64,000 nt of DNA from an uncultured Acidobacteriota bacterium. Lineage in GTDB: Bacteria > Acidobacteriota > Vicinamibacteria > Vicinamibacterales > 2-12-FULL-66-21. This document shows, piece by piece, positions 51,157 through 62,216 of the stretch. The stretch spans positions 372,012-436,011 of the forward strand of contig CAVOHG010000009.1 of assembly GCA_963695655.1 (NCBI GenBank), in the 5' to 3' direction. The translations under genes were made by a program, and so were the position numbers. How positions within the stretch are numbered: position 1 is the stretch's first letter; each line of letters starts with the position of its first letter. The notes below the pieces were generated by a model, which was not told the DNA's origin, made no database searches, and was given only the letters and a program-made list of their open reading frames with translations.

Positions 51157-52224
51157 CTATGCCGCCGTCATCCGGTCCCGCACTTCCGCGACGATTTCGA
51201 AGGTTCTCAGCCGTGCGATGTGATCGAACACCTGCGCGGTCAGGATCAACTCGTCGGCTGAGGTCGCCGCGATGAGGGTGGTCAGTCGAGCCGCAACGGT
51301 GTCCGGAGATCCGATTGCCGCGTAAGCCATCGCATGTTCCACACCAGCCTGCTCGAACGGCGTCCATCGCCCCTCCATGCTGTCGACCGGCGGCTGCAGC
51401 GGTCCAGGCGTCCCCCTCCGGAGATTCACCCACTGCTGCTGGAGCGAGGTGGCGAGGCGCTCAGCTTCGGCGTCCGTGTCTGCCGCGACGACGCTGACAC
51501 CGACCATCGCATACGGCCGCTGGAGCTGCTCCGACGGTCTGAACTGGCGTCTGTAGATGTCGAGCGCCTGCATCAGGTAATCGGGAGCGAAGTGTGACGC
51601 GAACGCGAATGGCATCCCGAGCGCCGCGGCCAGTTGGGCGCTGAAGAGGCTGGAACCAAGCAGCCAGATCGGCACTCGTAGTCCTGCGCCCGGAATCGCA
51701 CGGACAACCTGGCCCGGCTGCACCGGTGCAAGATACGCGCGCAGTTCCTGCACATCGCGAGCGAAGTTCTCTTCGGTGGCTGAAAAATCGCGGCGGAGTG
51801 CGCGCGCGGTCGTCTGGTCGGTGCCCGGGGCGCGGCCGATGCCCAGATCGATGCGCTCAGGATAGAGCGATTCGAGAGTGCCGAACTGTTCGGCGATGAC
51901 GAGTGGCGCATGATTCGGCAGCATGACGCCACCGGAACCTACGCGAATCGTGCTCGTTCCACCGGCGACGTGCCCGATGACGACGGCCGTCGCGGCGCTG
52001 GCGATCCCCGGCATGTTGTGGTGTTCGGCGAGCCAGTAGCGGTGGTAATCCCAACGCTCTGCGTGCCGGGCCAGGTCGAGCGTGTTGCCGAGCGCCTGCG
52101 CGGCAGACCCGCCTTCGATGATGGGCGAAAGATCGAGCACCGAAAACGGGATCGTTGGGCATTGCTCTGGTGCGCCCCCGACATGGGGACACTCAACTGT
52201 ACGGTAAGCCGCCGGTCCGTTCAA
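51157..52224 (-). CDS. LLM-class flavin-dependent oxidoreductase (luciferase-like monooxygenase family)
   Basis: ORF 51157..52224(-), 355 aa. It has [91 protein letters not shown]. The start is uncertain (TTG 52224 or GTG 52140). Confidence 0.85.
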   Translation of the reverse strand: MNGPAAYRTVECPHVGGAPEQCPTIPFSVLDLSPIIEGGSAAQALGNTLDLARHAERWDYHRYWLAEHHNMPGIASAATAVVIGHVAGGTSTIRVGSGGVMLPNHAPLVIAEQFGTLESLYPERIDLGIGRAPGTDQTTARALRRDFSATEENFARDVQELRAYLAPVQPGQVVRAIPGAGLRVPIWLLGSSLFSAQLAAALGMPFAFASHFAPDYLMQALDIYRRQFRPSEQLQRPYAMVGVSVVAADTDAEAERLATSLQQQWVNLRRGTPGPLQPPVDSMEGRWTPFEQAGVEHAMAYAAIGSPDTVAARLTTLIAATSADELILTAQVFDHIARLRTFEIVAEVRDRMTAA

Positions 52225-52253
52225 AAAACAAATGCGGGCTCATCCGATACGTG

Positions 52254-52352
52254 CGGGACTGCGGGATCGGGCTCGGGATCGGGGATCAGGGATTCAGGGA
52301 TTAAGGATCGGGAGATCGATTGGGAACTGGTCGACTGGCGACTGGTTGCAAC
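52254..52352 (+). repeat. G-tract / GATC-rich tandem array ending in the palindrome GGTTGCAACC
   Basis: Nine G3-4 tracts fall in about 70 nt (52255, 52263, 52269, 52275, 52281, 52289, 52297, 52310, 52322), mostly as GGGATC units. There are five GATC sites (52265, 52277, 52284, 52306, 52314). ACTGGTCG/ACTGGCG/ACTGGTTG repeats follow, then GGTTGCAACC at 52343-52352. Confidence 0.85.
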
Positions 52353-52361
52353 CGATATCAC

Positions 52362-53033
52362 CTAACTGAGGCACTCCAGGACTGCCGCATCGAACGCTCC
52401 CGCGACCTCCATCAGCGAACGGTTGCCGTCAATGGCGCGGAATGTCGGGCCTTTCCGATACCACTCGACGAGCGGCGCGGTGTTCTCGACGTATTCCGCG
52501 ACCCGGCGCTTGATCACCTCCACGTGATCGTCAGCGCGCTTGACGAAGGAGCCGCCGCAGGACGCGCAATATTCGGTCGTCGGTGCCCCGGTGTCGGCCT
52601 GGCCGCAGCTTTCGCAGATTCGCCTGGAGAGAATGCGGTTGATGATGACGTCAGGGCTGACGTCGAGGTAGATGACAATCAGCGCGCCCCGCCCGCTCAT
52701 GACGCGATCGAGCGCGAGCGCCTGGGGCAGCGTGCGCGGAAAACCGTCGAGCACGAAACCAGCGGCGGTATCCGGAAGCTGTAGCCGGTCTTCGACCACC
52801 CTGATGATCAGGTCGTCAGGGACGAGGCCGCCCGCGGCCAGTGTCGCCTCGACTTCACGGCCGAGCGCGGTTCCGCGGGCGACAGCGTCGCGAAGCATGT
52901 CACCGGTCGAAATCTTGGGGATGCGGTGGCGACGCGCAAACTGCGCGCCCTGAGTCCCTTTACCGGAACCTGGCAGCCCGACGACGACGATATTACGGGG
53001 CCCGGATCCGGCCTTTCGCCGTTCCTCGTTCAC
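52362..53033 (-). CDS. adk: Adenylate kinase (Zn-lid type)
   Basis: 3' part of ORF 52362..54563(-). It has NIVVVGLPGSGKGTQGAQFARRHRIPKISTGDMLR, GFVLDGFPRT, the lid CESCG..CASCGG, and RADD. The start is assigned to GTG 53033 (VNEERRKAGSGPRNIVVVG) and is uncertain. Confidence 0.85.
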   Translation of the reverse strand: MNEERRKAGSGPRNIVVVGLPGSGKGTQGAQFARRHRIPKISTGDMLRDAVARGTALGREVEATLAAGGLVPDDLIIRVVEDRLQLPDTAAGFVLDGFPRTLPQALALDRVMSGRGALIVIYLDVSPDVIINRILSRRICESCGQADTGAPTTEYCASCGGSFVKRADDHVEVIKRRVAEYVENTAPLVEWYRKGPTFRAIDGNRSLMEVAGAFDAAVLECLS

Positions 53034-54275
53034 CGGCCGCGTCTCAGACACCGGACGATCTCCTTGGCGCAGGCGATGGAAAGCGAGCGCCCGCCGGACG
53101 GCGGGCGGGGTTGAAGCCGCATCGAACCGAGAGCGTACCACAGGACCTGTTGAGGCAGGAGCGGCTAGACTTCCGACCGGCTGAGCGTCCAATCGCGTCC
53201 GGAGCCACCAACCCGGGCGACTTCTGGCTCGATCGCAGCGCCACGCCGACGTCTGCCATCGCCGCAAGGGCCACCACAGTGTTCCGAGCACCGCAACCCA
53301 GGCGGCGACAGACGGCAGGTGCAGAACCCATCCTGTCCTGAAACCCACGAGCCACGCCGCGGTGACCATCGCGCAGGCTCCCGCCGTGGTCCAGCGGCGT
53401 GCTCCTTCGTTGTGGCTCGACAAGAAAGCCGCGTGGATCGCGACCGCCAGAGGAACGCTGACGACCACGTCCATCAGCCAGTGGGATCCCTCGGGACTGA
53501 GGACCGCCCACATGGTGAGCAGGACGAAGGCACGCAGTGCGCGTCTCGCCGGGACGGCGACTCCGCGCGCGCTGAACCAGATCAGCAGCGCCCAGATGGT
53601 GTGGAGAGAAGGCATACCGTTGCGTGGCGCGCCGCCAACAGCCATCAGCAACGTGGAATGGAGAGGCACCGTCGGCAACGTGTCCGGATAGTAAGGACCG
53701 AAAGAGACGACGGGGCCGACAACCGGGCACACGAAATAGAGCGCGAATCCGCAGGCCCCGGAGATGAGGACCGCGTTGAGCACCTCCTGTTCGCGGCCGC
53801 GCTCCCGCTGCCCCGCCGCGACGACCGCAATCGCAATCGCCACCAGGTTGTAGCAGGCGGTTGCCACCGCACTGAGCGGGGTCAGAATCCCGTAGGCCTG
53901 GGCGCTCCACAGCGAGAACTTCACGCCGAGAAGCTCCTCGAAGGCATAGATTCGAGGGTCGTACACCGGATTGACCCGGAAGGTCGCCCACAACCCGTAC
54001 GACACCATTGACGCACCCAGCGGCAAGAGGAGCGCGTCCATCAGACTGCCGACGTAGTCCGCCCTCGTGTCGCGATCCGTGGACAAGGACGCCGCGACCA
54101 CGAATCCCACGACCCCCAGAACACCGAGCGCGAAGAGCATGTCGAGCCAGAGCAGCACCGGGGGCGCTGCCTGGCCCTCGATTGCCAGCGCCGCGAGCCA
54201 GGTCAGAGGTGTGAGATAGACAATCCAGCGCCGGGTGCGTCCACGGAGGTCGCGTATGAAGTAGCGGCAGAACAC
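53034..54275 (-). CDS. PAP2-superfamily (Aur1/IPC-synthase-like) integral membrane protein; both ends uncertain
   Basis: 5' part of ORF 52362..54563(-). It has multiple TM helices, ..APRNGMPSLHTIWALLIWF.. and ..SHWLMDVVVSVPLAV.. (PAP2 C2/C3-like motifs). No in-frame stop occurs before adk. The first plausible start after the upstream gene's stop is GTG 54275. Confidence 0.5.
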
Positions 54276-54456
54276 GGTTGCTGCCGCGATGGCGGCAAAC
54301 GGATTTCGAACGAGCGCGACTGCCGGGCCCGGCGCCCCACTTCGCGCGGCGAGATATTCAACGATCGGTAGCCGCGGCGAGCAGCGTGAGGAACAGCCAG
54401 CGTCGCTCGACGAAGTCGCGAAGGCGGAAAGGCGCGACCAGGCTGGAGGACAGCAA

Positions 54457-55903
54457 CTATTCCGACTCCAGGCGACGCACCGTGCGGTCCGCCACCACCG
54501 AAGCCGTGGGTCTGGCGAAGACCGACCATCCGCCTTCGCCGGACGTGGCCTGCCACCCGTCACGCTCGAGCGCGTTCGCGAGCGGTGAATCGCGCGTGGT
54601 CAACGCGCACCCGATGTCATAGCGGGCGAACATCGGTTGGAACTCCCCCGATCGTTCGAGCTCGATGTGGCGCCGCACCATGTCCTGCGGATACGGATCC
54701 TGGCGGCTGTCGATGAAGACCTTCTTGTCCCTGGCAAACCAGATCAGGTAGCCGCCATCGTCGTACCGGTTGTAGAGTCGGCCAGGACAATTCGTAACCG
54801 CTCGACGGAGATCGTCGGCGACCGGCGTCCAGCCAAGACGCGGCAGCGGCTCGGTCCAGGCTGCCCCCACGGCAAATACGCCAAGGACGACGGCCACTGC
54901 GAGCACGATCGCATTGAACGCGGGCCGCTCCGGCGCGGACTGTGGCGAAGGCACGTGTTCGCGCTTCAGCAACGTGCCGAGCAATGGTACGGCGCAGAGC
55001 GTGAACGGAGGAATGTTCCGCCGCGTACCGAGCGCGAGCACAAGGAACATCAGCGTCGCAGCACTCAGGAACGCGACGGTCGTCGAGGTGCGCAGCTGAG
55101 ACCGGTGGATGACCAAGGTCACCACGACCGCGAGTGAAGCGATCCAGAACGGCAGGTCCACCAACTGCCAGGCCAGGTCGCTGCCACTCCATGACGCCGT
55201 AGTCGTGCAGCCGCGCGAGCGACATCGGGACCTCTGCCCAGAGAGTGAATCCAAGCGGCGTCGCCGCAGTGCAGAGCAGGCCGGCGGCGGCAACGATGGC
55301 CATCCTTCGAAACTCACTCGGGCGGACGATCAGCGTCGAGACCAGCGCCGCCGCGAGCAGGACTACTCCAAGCGAGACGCCACCATGAAGATTTGCCCAG
55401 ACGACGAACACGGGCGCGAGCGTCCAGAGACGCCGTCGGTCGACGATGATCCACAGAGTGATCGCGACCAGCGCGAGGGTGAATACCTGCGGCCGGAGCG
55501 ACCAGGCCGGACTCGTCATCACAGCTCCGGCGCCGAGCAGCACGAGTCGAACGCCTCTCGGTGCCGGCGTCAGGCTGGCGACTACGGCCCAGCAGACGGT
55601 GACGACCGCGGCGCACAGAGCCGTCAGCAGCGGCAGACCGCCGGCCTTGTACGCGGCATAGAACAGGACCTGCGCCAGCCACTCGTGGTTCGGCCAGTAA
55701 CCGCCGCTGACCGTGTGGGAGAACTCGTCGCGCAGCATGACGTGATGCGATTGCCACATCACCTCGCCCGCACGCAGCTGCCACCATGTGTCGGTCTGGG
55801 CCGGCATCAGGCAGGCGGTGAGCGTCAGGACAAGAAGCAGGAGCGCGGTCGAAAACCGCTCGAACGTCAGCGGGTTCGCGCGGCTGGCCAGGAACGCGGA
55901 CAT
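54457..55903 (-). pseudogene. Polytopic membrane protein of unknown function, one frame break near 55170
   Basis: ORF 54617..55903(-) reads MSAFLASRANPLTFERFSTALLLLVLTLTA..TDTWWQLRAGEVMW..FSHTVSGGYWPNHEWLAQVLFY.. It continues in ORF 54457..55317 (..LPFWIASLAVVVTLV..NRYDDGGYLIWFARDKKVFIDSRQDPYP..). Confidence 0.5.
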
Positions 55904-56068
55904 CGGTGTCGTGGCCGGTGCAAGACCCGAACCGCGTGAAATGACAACAGTTCCGGCTGCTGCCTGCGCTTCCGGCGCACCGGACCGAAAGGACTTACCC
56001 GATCGTAATTACATCGACAGTTTTGTGACTGACCATCGAAACGGCCACGAGTGGAGAGTGGCTGGCCG

Positions 56069-58515
56069 CTATTCGAGTCGCAGCGCCTCGACCGGGTTGA
56101 CGGAGGCTGCGCGCCGGGCCGGGACATAGCTGGCGACCAGCGTGGAAGCGGCGAGCGCTCCGGCGACGGTCGCAATCGTCGACACATCGTACGTGCGGAC
56201 GCTGAACAACAGCGTTCGCAGGGTGGTGGCGGCCGCGATCGAGGTCACGATACCGATGCCCAGGCCGAAGGCCACAAGGCTGGACGTCTCGCCGAGAATG
56301 AGCTTGTACACCGCACCGCGCTCGGCCCCGAGCGCCATGCGGACGCCGATTTCGCGCGTCCGCTGACTCACCGAGTACGCAACGACGCCGTACAGGCCGA
56401 CGACCCCGAGCACCCACGCCACCGCCGCGAATGCCGCGACGAGCGCCGCCGCCGATCGACGGAGGTACGCCGCCTCGGAGTCGTTGATGATCGACGACAT
56501 CGTCGTGCCGCGAGATGTCGACAGTCGCGGATCGAGCTGATTGATGGCGGCCGCCATGGCTGGAAGCAGTGACCGCTCCGCCTGCGAGGTGCGTGCGAAG
56601 ACGGCAAAGCCGCTTGTCGGGTCCTGCGCAAACGCCACGTACATCGTCGGCCGCGTCGCCGCATCGAGCGGCCCTTCCTTGATGTCGTCGACGATGCCGA
56701 CGATCTGCATCGCGGGCTGAGTCGTGGTCGGCGCGTACCAGCAACTGTTTGCCGAGCGGGTCTTCACCGGGGAAGTACTGCCTGACCAGCGCCTGGTTGA
56801 TGATCGTGACGGGCGGCTTCGACGGGAGATCGTCGTCGGTGAAGTCGCGTCCTCGTAAGAGGCGCGCCCGCAGGGTTGAAAAGTAGCCCTGGCTCACCTC
56901 GCGGTACTGCACCTCGTTGTGCTCACCGTGATAGGGGCGGCCCTCGACCCTGATCCACATCGTGTTGCCGCCGAAGACCGGCGGCGTGCTGGAGGTGCCG
57001 ACCGACTGCACACCCGGCAGCATCGCGATGCGGTTCGCGATCTGCCGCTCGAGCGCGGCTTGCTGCTCGTTGGTCGAGTAACCGTCCTGCGGCGCATTGA
57101 CGGTGAGCGTCGCGAGGTGATCCACCTGCATCCCGGTGTCCACGCGCAGCAGGCGGTAGAAGCTCTTGCCCAGCGAGTCCGGCGCCGACGAGCAGCACCA
57201 TCGCGGTCGCAAGTTCGAGGACGACGAGCTTCGGGCCGATGCGCCGCCACGTGTTGCCGGCGGAGCCACGGCTGCCCGACGCCAGACGCTCCCCCACGTC
57301 CGCGGTCGACATCTGCAGCATCGGAGTGATTGCGAAGAGTGCGGCGGCCGCAACCGCCAGCGCACTCGCAAATGCGGCGACCCGCGGGCGTCATCCCGAG
57401 GTCGCGGAGAAACGGCATTCCGGCCATGATGTCCGCTGGAACCAGGCTGCTCAGCAGCTGAACCGCCCAGTACGCCGACACCAGCGCGAGCACCGTCCCG
57501 AGCGCGACAAGCACAATCGCCTCGGTCACGAACTGGCGAATGACGCGCACCGTGGACGCGCCAAGCGCCGTGCGGATCGCCACTTCACGCCTTCGACTTT
57601 CGGAGCGGACGAGCAGCAGGCTGGCGACGTTCACGGCAGCAATCACCAGAAGGAGTCCGGCGCCGCTCAGCAGCACGATCAACATCGGCCGAATCATCGC
57701 CGACGATCACGTCCTGGAGCGGCAGGACGGCTGCACCCTGTCCCCGATTCGAATCGGGATACGCCTTCTCGAGCTGCTGCGCAACGGCGGTCATTTCGGC
57801 CGCCGCCGACTCGATCGACGACACCGTCCTTGAGCCGGGCGACGCCGAAAAGATTGTGGCAGCTCCGCCGGAGGTCGCATGGGTTCGACGCGTGGAGAGT
57901 GACCCAGAAGTCTGCTGGTTCAGCCGGTGCGAAGTGGAAATGGCGCGGCAGCACGCCGACGATGACGTGCGGGGCGCCGTTGAGTGTCACCGATTCTCCG
58001 AGCACGTTGGCGCGCCGCCATAGCGCGCCTGCCACGCGGCGTAGCTCAAGAGCACGGTGCGCGGCGGCGGAGGGCAGGTCTTCCCCCGCACGAAAATCGC
58101 GCCCGACGAACGGGGGTGACTCCGAGCGTCCGAAAGAAATCGTCGCTGACCCGTGCGGAAGGAACCCGCTGGGCCCCTGCAGCGGCGGTAAGTGTCATCC
58201 CCGACCGCTGGTACGCTGACAGCGAATCGAAGGAGCGGTTGAGAGTTTTCCAGTCGCGATAGTCGGCGTACGACAGGTTCGACTGCGGGAACATCGGGAC
58301 CGACTCGTAGACCCCCACCAGTCTGCGAGGGATTGGCGTAAGGCAGGGGTCTGAGGAGCGCCGCGTCGACGAACGCGAAAGATGGCAACGCTGGCACACA
58401 GGCCGAGCGCGAGCGTCAGCACCGCGGTGCAGGTGAAACCGGGATTCTTGCGCAGCTGCCGCAGCGTGAAGCGTCCGTCCTGCAGCAGGTCGCCGGCCAG
58501 TGTCAGTGCGCGCAC
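56069..58515 (-). pseudogene. ADOP-family ABC permease (duplicated MacB/FtsX-type permease), many frame breaks
   Basis: GTG 58515 gives [42 protein letters not shown], the ADOP N-terminal signature. Fragments are ORFs 58195..58515, 58046..58399, 57694..58035, 56894..57697, 55995..57371 and 56069..56767, the last ending ..YVPARRAASVNPVEALRLE*. Confidence 0.8.
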
Positions 58516-58661
58516 GAAGGCCTCGGTCCTGCGCGGACTCGCCGGTCGACGCCTTTCGGACTATTCCAATCAGTCGCCGGCCAGATATCCCCGCGCGACA
58601 GTTCGACGGCCGCGGCCGGCGAATGGTTCCGTCCCGCGGAGAGGAGAAGAACTTTGCGCCC

Positions 58662-61332
58662 TCACCAGCCTCGCGATTCGCTGCTCGTCCCGCCCGCCGC
58701 CGGGATGTAGGCGTTGGTCACGTAGTCCATCACCATCCGGTCGGCGCTGAAGCGCCAGCCCAGGCTGTGAATGGCACGTTTCATTCGCGCAATCCATTCG
58801 CGCGGCAGGCCGTCGCGGTCGCGGGCGTAGTACATCGGGATCACCTGCTCGCGCAAGCACGCTGACGAGTGCCTGCGCGTCGCGCGCGTCGTGAACGGCC
58901 GGCGACGAGTGAGTCCGGCCGCCGCCGATCGCGAAGCCGTTCAGGCCGTCGTAGGCCTCGGCCCACCATCCGTCGAGGACCGAAAGGTTCAGCCCGCCGT
59001 TGAGGACCACTTTCTGCCCGCTCGTTCCGCACGCTTCGAGCGGCCGGCGCGGGTTGTTCAACCACACGTCGACGCCCTGGACCAGGTGCCGTCCGACATC
59101 GATGTCGTAGTTCTCGATGAACAGGACCCTGCCGGCGAACCGCGGGTCGCGCATGAGCTGCGCGATTTCCTTGAGGATCTCCTTGCCCGGGAAGTCCTGC
59201 GGGTGGGCCTTGCCGGCGAACACGAACTGCACCGGCATCCTCGCATCCGCCAGAAGCGAGACGATCGCCTCCATGTCCTGGAGGATGAGATTGGCGCGCT
59301 TGTAGGTGGCAAACCGGCGGGCAAAGCCAATCGTGAGCGCGTCGAATGCAAGGGCAGTGCGCGCCTGGGCGACGGCCTCGACCGATTCGCCGCGTGCCTC
59401 CGCCTGATCGGCGGCGCGGCGGCGCGCAACCTCGATCAGCTGACGCTTCAGTGCCTGGTGGGTTTCCCAGAGCTCGCCGTCGTTCACTGCGTCGATCGCT
59501 TCCCAGAACCCCGGGGCATGACAGCGCGCCGGCCAGTCGGGACCAAGGTGCCGGTTATAGACCTGTCGCATCTGCGGCGCGAGCCACGACTGGACGTGCA
59601 CGCCGTTGGTGATGTGCCCGACCGGCACCTGGTCTTCCGCCGCCCCTGGATAGAGCGACGTCCACATCGTCCTGGACACTTCACCGTGGAGCGAGGACAC
59701 CGCGTTCGCACGTCGACAGAGCTTCAGGGCCAGGACGGTCATGCAGAACGTCTCGGCTCCGTCGCCCGGGTTGATGCGCCCGAGGTCCATCAGTCCCTCG
59801 GGGCTGAGCGTCATCGCGTCGCGCAGCGGACCGAGGTGCTCCTCTACCAGTTGTGCGGTGAACCGGTCGTGTCCGGCAGGAACGGGTGTGTGAGTGGTGA
59901 AGACGACCTGCGACGACGTTCGCCGGATTGCCTCGTGGATGCCGACGCCCTCGTCCTCCATCCGGCGCCGCACGAGCTCCAGCACCGCAAAGGCGCTGTG
60001 CCCCTCGTTCAGGTGCACCACACCGGGCGCAATCCCCATCGCGGCGAGCGCGCGAACGCCGCCGACGCCGAGCAGGAGTTCCTGGCGGATGCGCACGCGG
60101 GTATCGCCGCCGTAGAGCCGAGCTGTCAGCTGGCGATCTTCGGGCTGATTGCCGTCGACATTCGAGTCGAGCAGCAGCAGCGTATTGCGCCCGACGGCAA
60201 GGGTCCAGACGCGAGCGAAGATCGTGCCTGTTCGCGTCTCGATCTCGATCACGATCGGCACGCCATTGTTGACCGCAAGCTCGATCGGGAGACGACGGCT
60301 GTCGACGGTCAGGTAGTCCTCGTGCTGCCAGCCGTCGCGATCGAGACGCTGGGTGAAGTAGCCCTGGTCGTAGTAGAGGCCGACCCCGACGAGCGGAATC
60401 CCGAGGTCGGATGCGCTCTTGATGTGATCGCCGGCGAGGATCCCCAGGCCTCCGGAGTAGATCGGCAGCGATTCGTGCAACCCGAACTCCGCCGAGAAGT
60501 ACGCGACCGGGCGCGCGCGCAGCACGCCGGCGTGGCGGCCGCCCCACGTGTGCCGCGCCTGGAGATACTCCTGCAGTCGGCGATACGCGTAGTTGATGCG
60601 GCTGTGCAGCACGAGCTCGGACGTGCGCGCCTCGATCGTGTCCGGCGGAATCTCCTGCAGCAGCGCGACCGGGTTATGACCGGTCCGATGCCAGAGGACC
60701 GGATCGAGCTCGCGGAAGAGGCTGGTCGTTTCGTGGTCCCAGCACCACCACAGGTTATGCGCGAGGGCGGAGAGGCGCTGATGCGCCGGTGCAGTGAAAT
60801 GGCCGACCGTGCGCGCCTCGTCGACAATGGGCGCGAGCTGCGCACCGGCAGAGGCCAGCCGCTCGATCGCTTCCTGTCCGAATTCTCTCGCCTCGATCGT
60901 CTGAACGACGAGCACGCCGAGCAGCACGCCGGAATGGAACAGGGGCACGCCAAGGAAGGACCGGTACGAATCTTCGCCGGCTTCGCTGAAGTACTTGAAC
61001 CGGGGGTGCAGCATCGCGTCGGCGACAGCCGCGGGCTGCTGGCGCTGGGCGACGAGGCCGGCGAGACCCTCGCTGAGGCGCATGCGTACCCGGCCGACGC
61101 TCTCGGGGCGGAGACCGACGGTGGCGGCGAGCACCAGGTTCGCGCGGTCCGGTTCGAGCAGGTAGACCGAGCAGACGTCGGTGTCGAAGCGCCGCTGGAT
61201 TTCGTGAACGATGTTGGTGAGCGTCTCCGACGGATTTCTCTTCGCCGATATCAACCGGCTGATCTGATCGAGGTTCCAGGACACCGACGATTTGAGACCC
61301 CCGATGGGGGCTTCTCGAACGCTCACGCACAC
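58662..61332 (-). pseudogene. glgP: Alpha-glucan phosphorylase (GT35, GlgP family) with N-terminal PtsP-type GAF domain; one frame break near 58865
   Basis: ORF 58570..61332(-). GAF domain: DVCSVYLLEPDRANLVLAATVGLRPE..SEGLAGLVA..HPRFKYFSEAGEDSYRSFLGVPL..LGVLVVQT. Phosphorylase core: YFSAEFGLHESLPIYSGGLGILAGDHIKSASDLG, HLNEGHSAF, TTHTPVPAGHD, FARRFATYKR and EACGTSGQKVVLNGGLN. The true C-terminus is in ORF 58662..58856 (EQVIPMYYARDRDGLP..). Confidence 0.85.
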
Positions 61333-61618
61333 CTCCGGAAACGCTGGCCGCCGACGGGGATCCGCCAGGTTTGTTGCACTTGCAAGAAGCTGCCCCGCGG
61401 AAATCCTGTGGATTTCGACGATCGCGCACCTCGCTCAGGCACCATTTGCGACGTAAATGTCGGCTGCACTGAAGACCACGAACAAAATGCGCTGTCGTCA
61501 ATGCGCGCTGCGACACGAGTGCTCCGCGACACTGCGGCCGCGCGCCAGACTGTTCGCATCAGCGAGCGTTGATTTCCTGGACATTCGAAAGACGAACCTC
61601 ACCCGGCCGTGGCGAGCA

Positions 61619-61906
61619 ATGCCCGTCCGCACTCCCGCGCAAATCATCAACGCGTGGCGCGAAGCTTGCTCTGATGTTCGGCAACTCACGGAGGTTCTCA
61701 TGCATGGTTACGGCGAATGTTCCGTCCCGGCAGAGCAGCTCACGGCGCAGTTCATGGAGCTGCCCGGCCTGCGGTTGACACTGCACCAGGCGGCGCGACT
61801 TCTCCACATCGACCGGGTCATGTCGGAAGACGTCGATCGACATGCTGCTCGACGCCGCATTCCTCCGGCGAATGCCGGACGGCAGCGTGGTGCGAGCGGA
61901 CCAATG
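61619..61906 (+). pseudogene. Small hypothetical protein (about 95 aa), one frame break near 61835
   Basis: ATG 61619 lies inside ORF 61457..61939: MPVRTPAQIINAWREACSDVRQLTEVLMHGYGECSVPAEQLTAQFMELPGLRLTLHQAARLLHIDRVMSEDV. The next frame gives IDMLLDAAFLRRMPDGSVVRADQ* (stop 61904-61906). I recognise no family. Confidence 0.3.
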
Positions 61907-62009
61907 AAATGTCGGTTCCAGGCGCCTGAAGTGACATAATTGTAGTCGGACGATCGCATTGTGCGATCGTGTCGCGGACGAATCGTCCGTATCGAAAGGA
62001 GTTCGAGTA

Positions 62010-62216
62010 GTGCCATCGCGCGCAGTACAACCCCGCAAGGCAACCCCACCCCGCAAACGAAAGGCCGCCGTCTCGCCAGACGCGCGCCAGATCACCGCGA
62101 CCGATATCTCGCGTCGTGCCTATGAGCTCTACGAGGCTCGCGGCACCAGCGGCGGCGATCCACTCGAGGATTGGCTTCGAGCAGAGCGTGAGCTCTCGGA
62201 ATCAGCAGGGGCGTAA
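62010..62216 (+). CDS. DUF2934 domain-containing small protein
   Basis: ORF 61959..62216(+) trimmed to GTG 62010, which is preceded by AAGGAG (61996-62001). The Lys/Arg/Pro-rich N-terminus is followed by ISRRAYELYEARGTSGGDPLEDWLRAEREL, the DUF2934 core. Confidence 0.75.
   Translation: MPSRAVQPRKATPPRKRKAAVSPDARQITATDISRRAYELYEARGTSGGDPLEDWLRAERELSESAGA

Noticed and set aside
58891-61572. 893-aa plus-strand ORF, the longest uninterrupted ORF in its region.
   Set aside because: It is exactly antisense to the alpha-glucan phosphorylase. Its composition is Arg/Ala/Gly/Pro/Glu-rich with no recognisable motif. This is a typical shadow ORF of a high-GC gene, whose antisense frame lacks stops.
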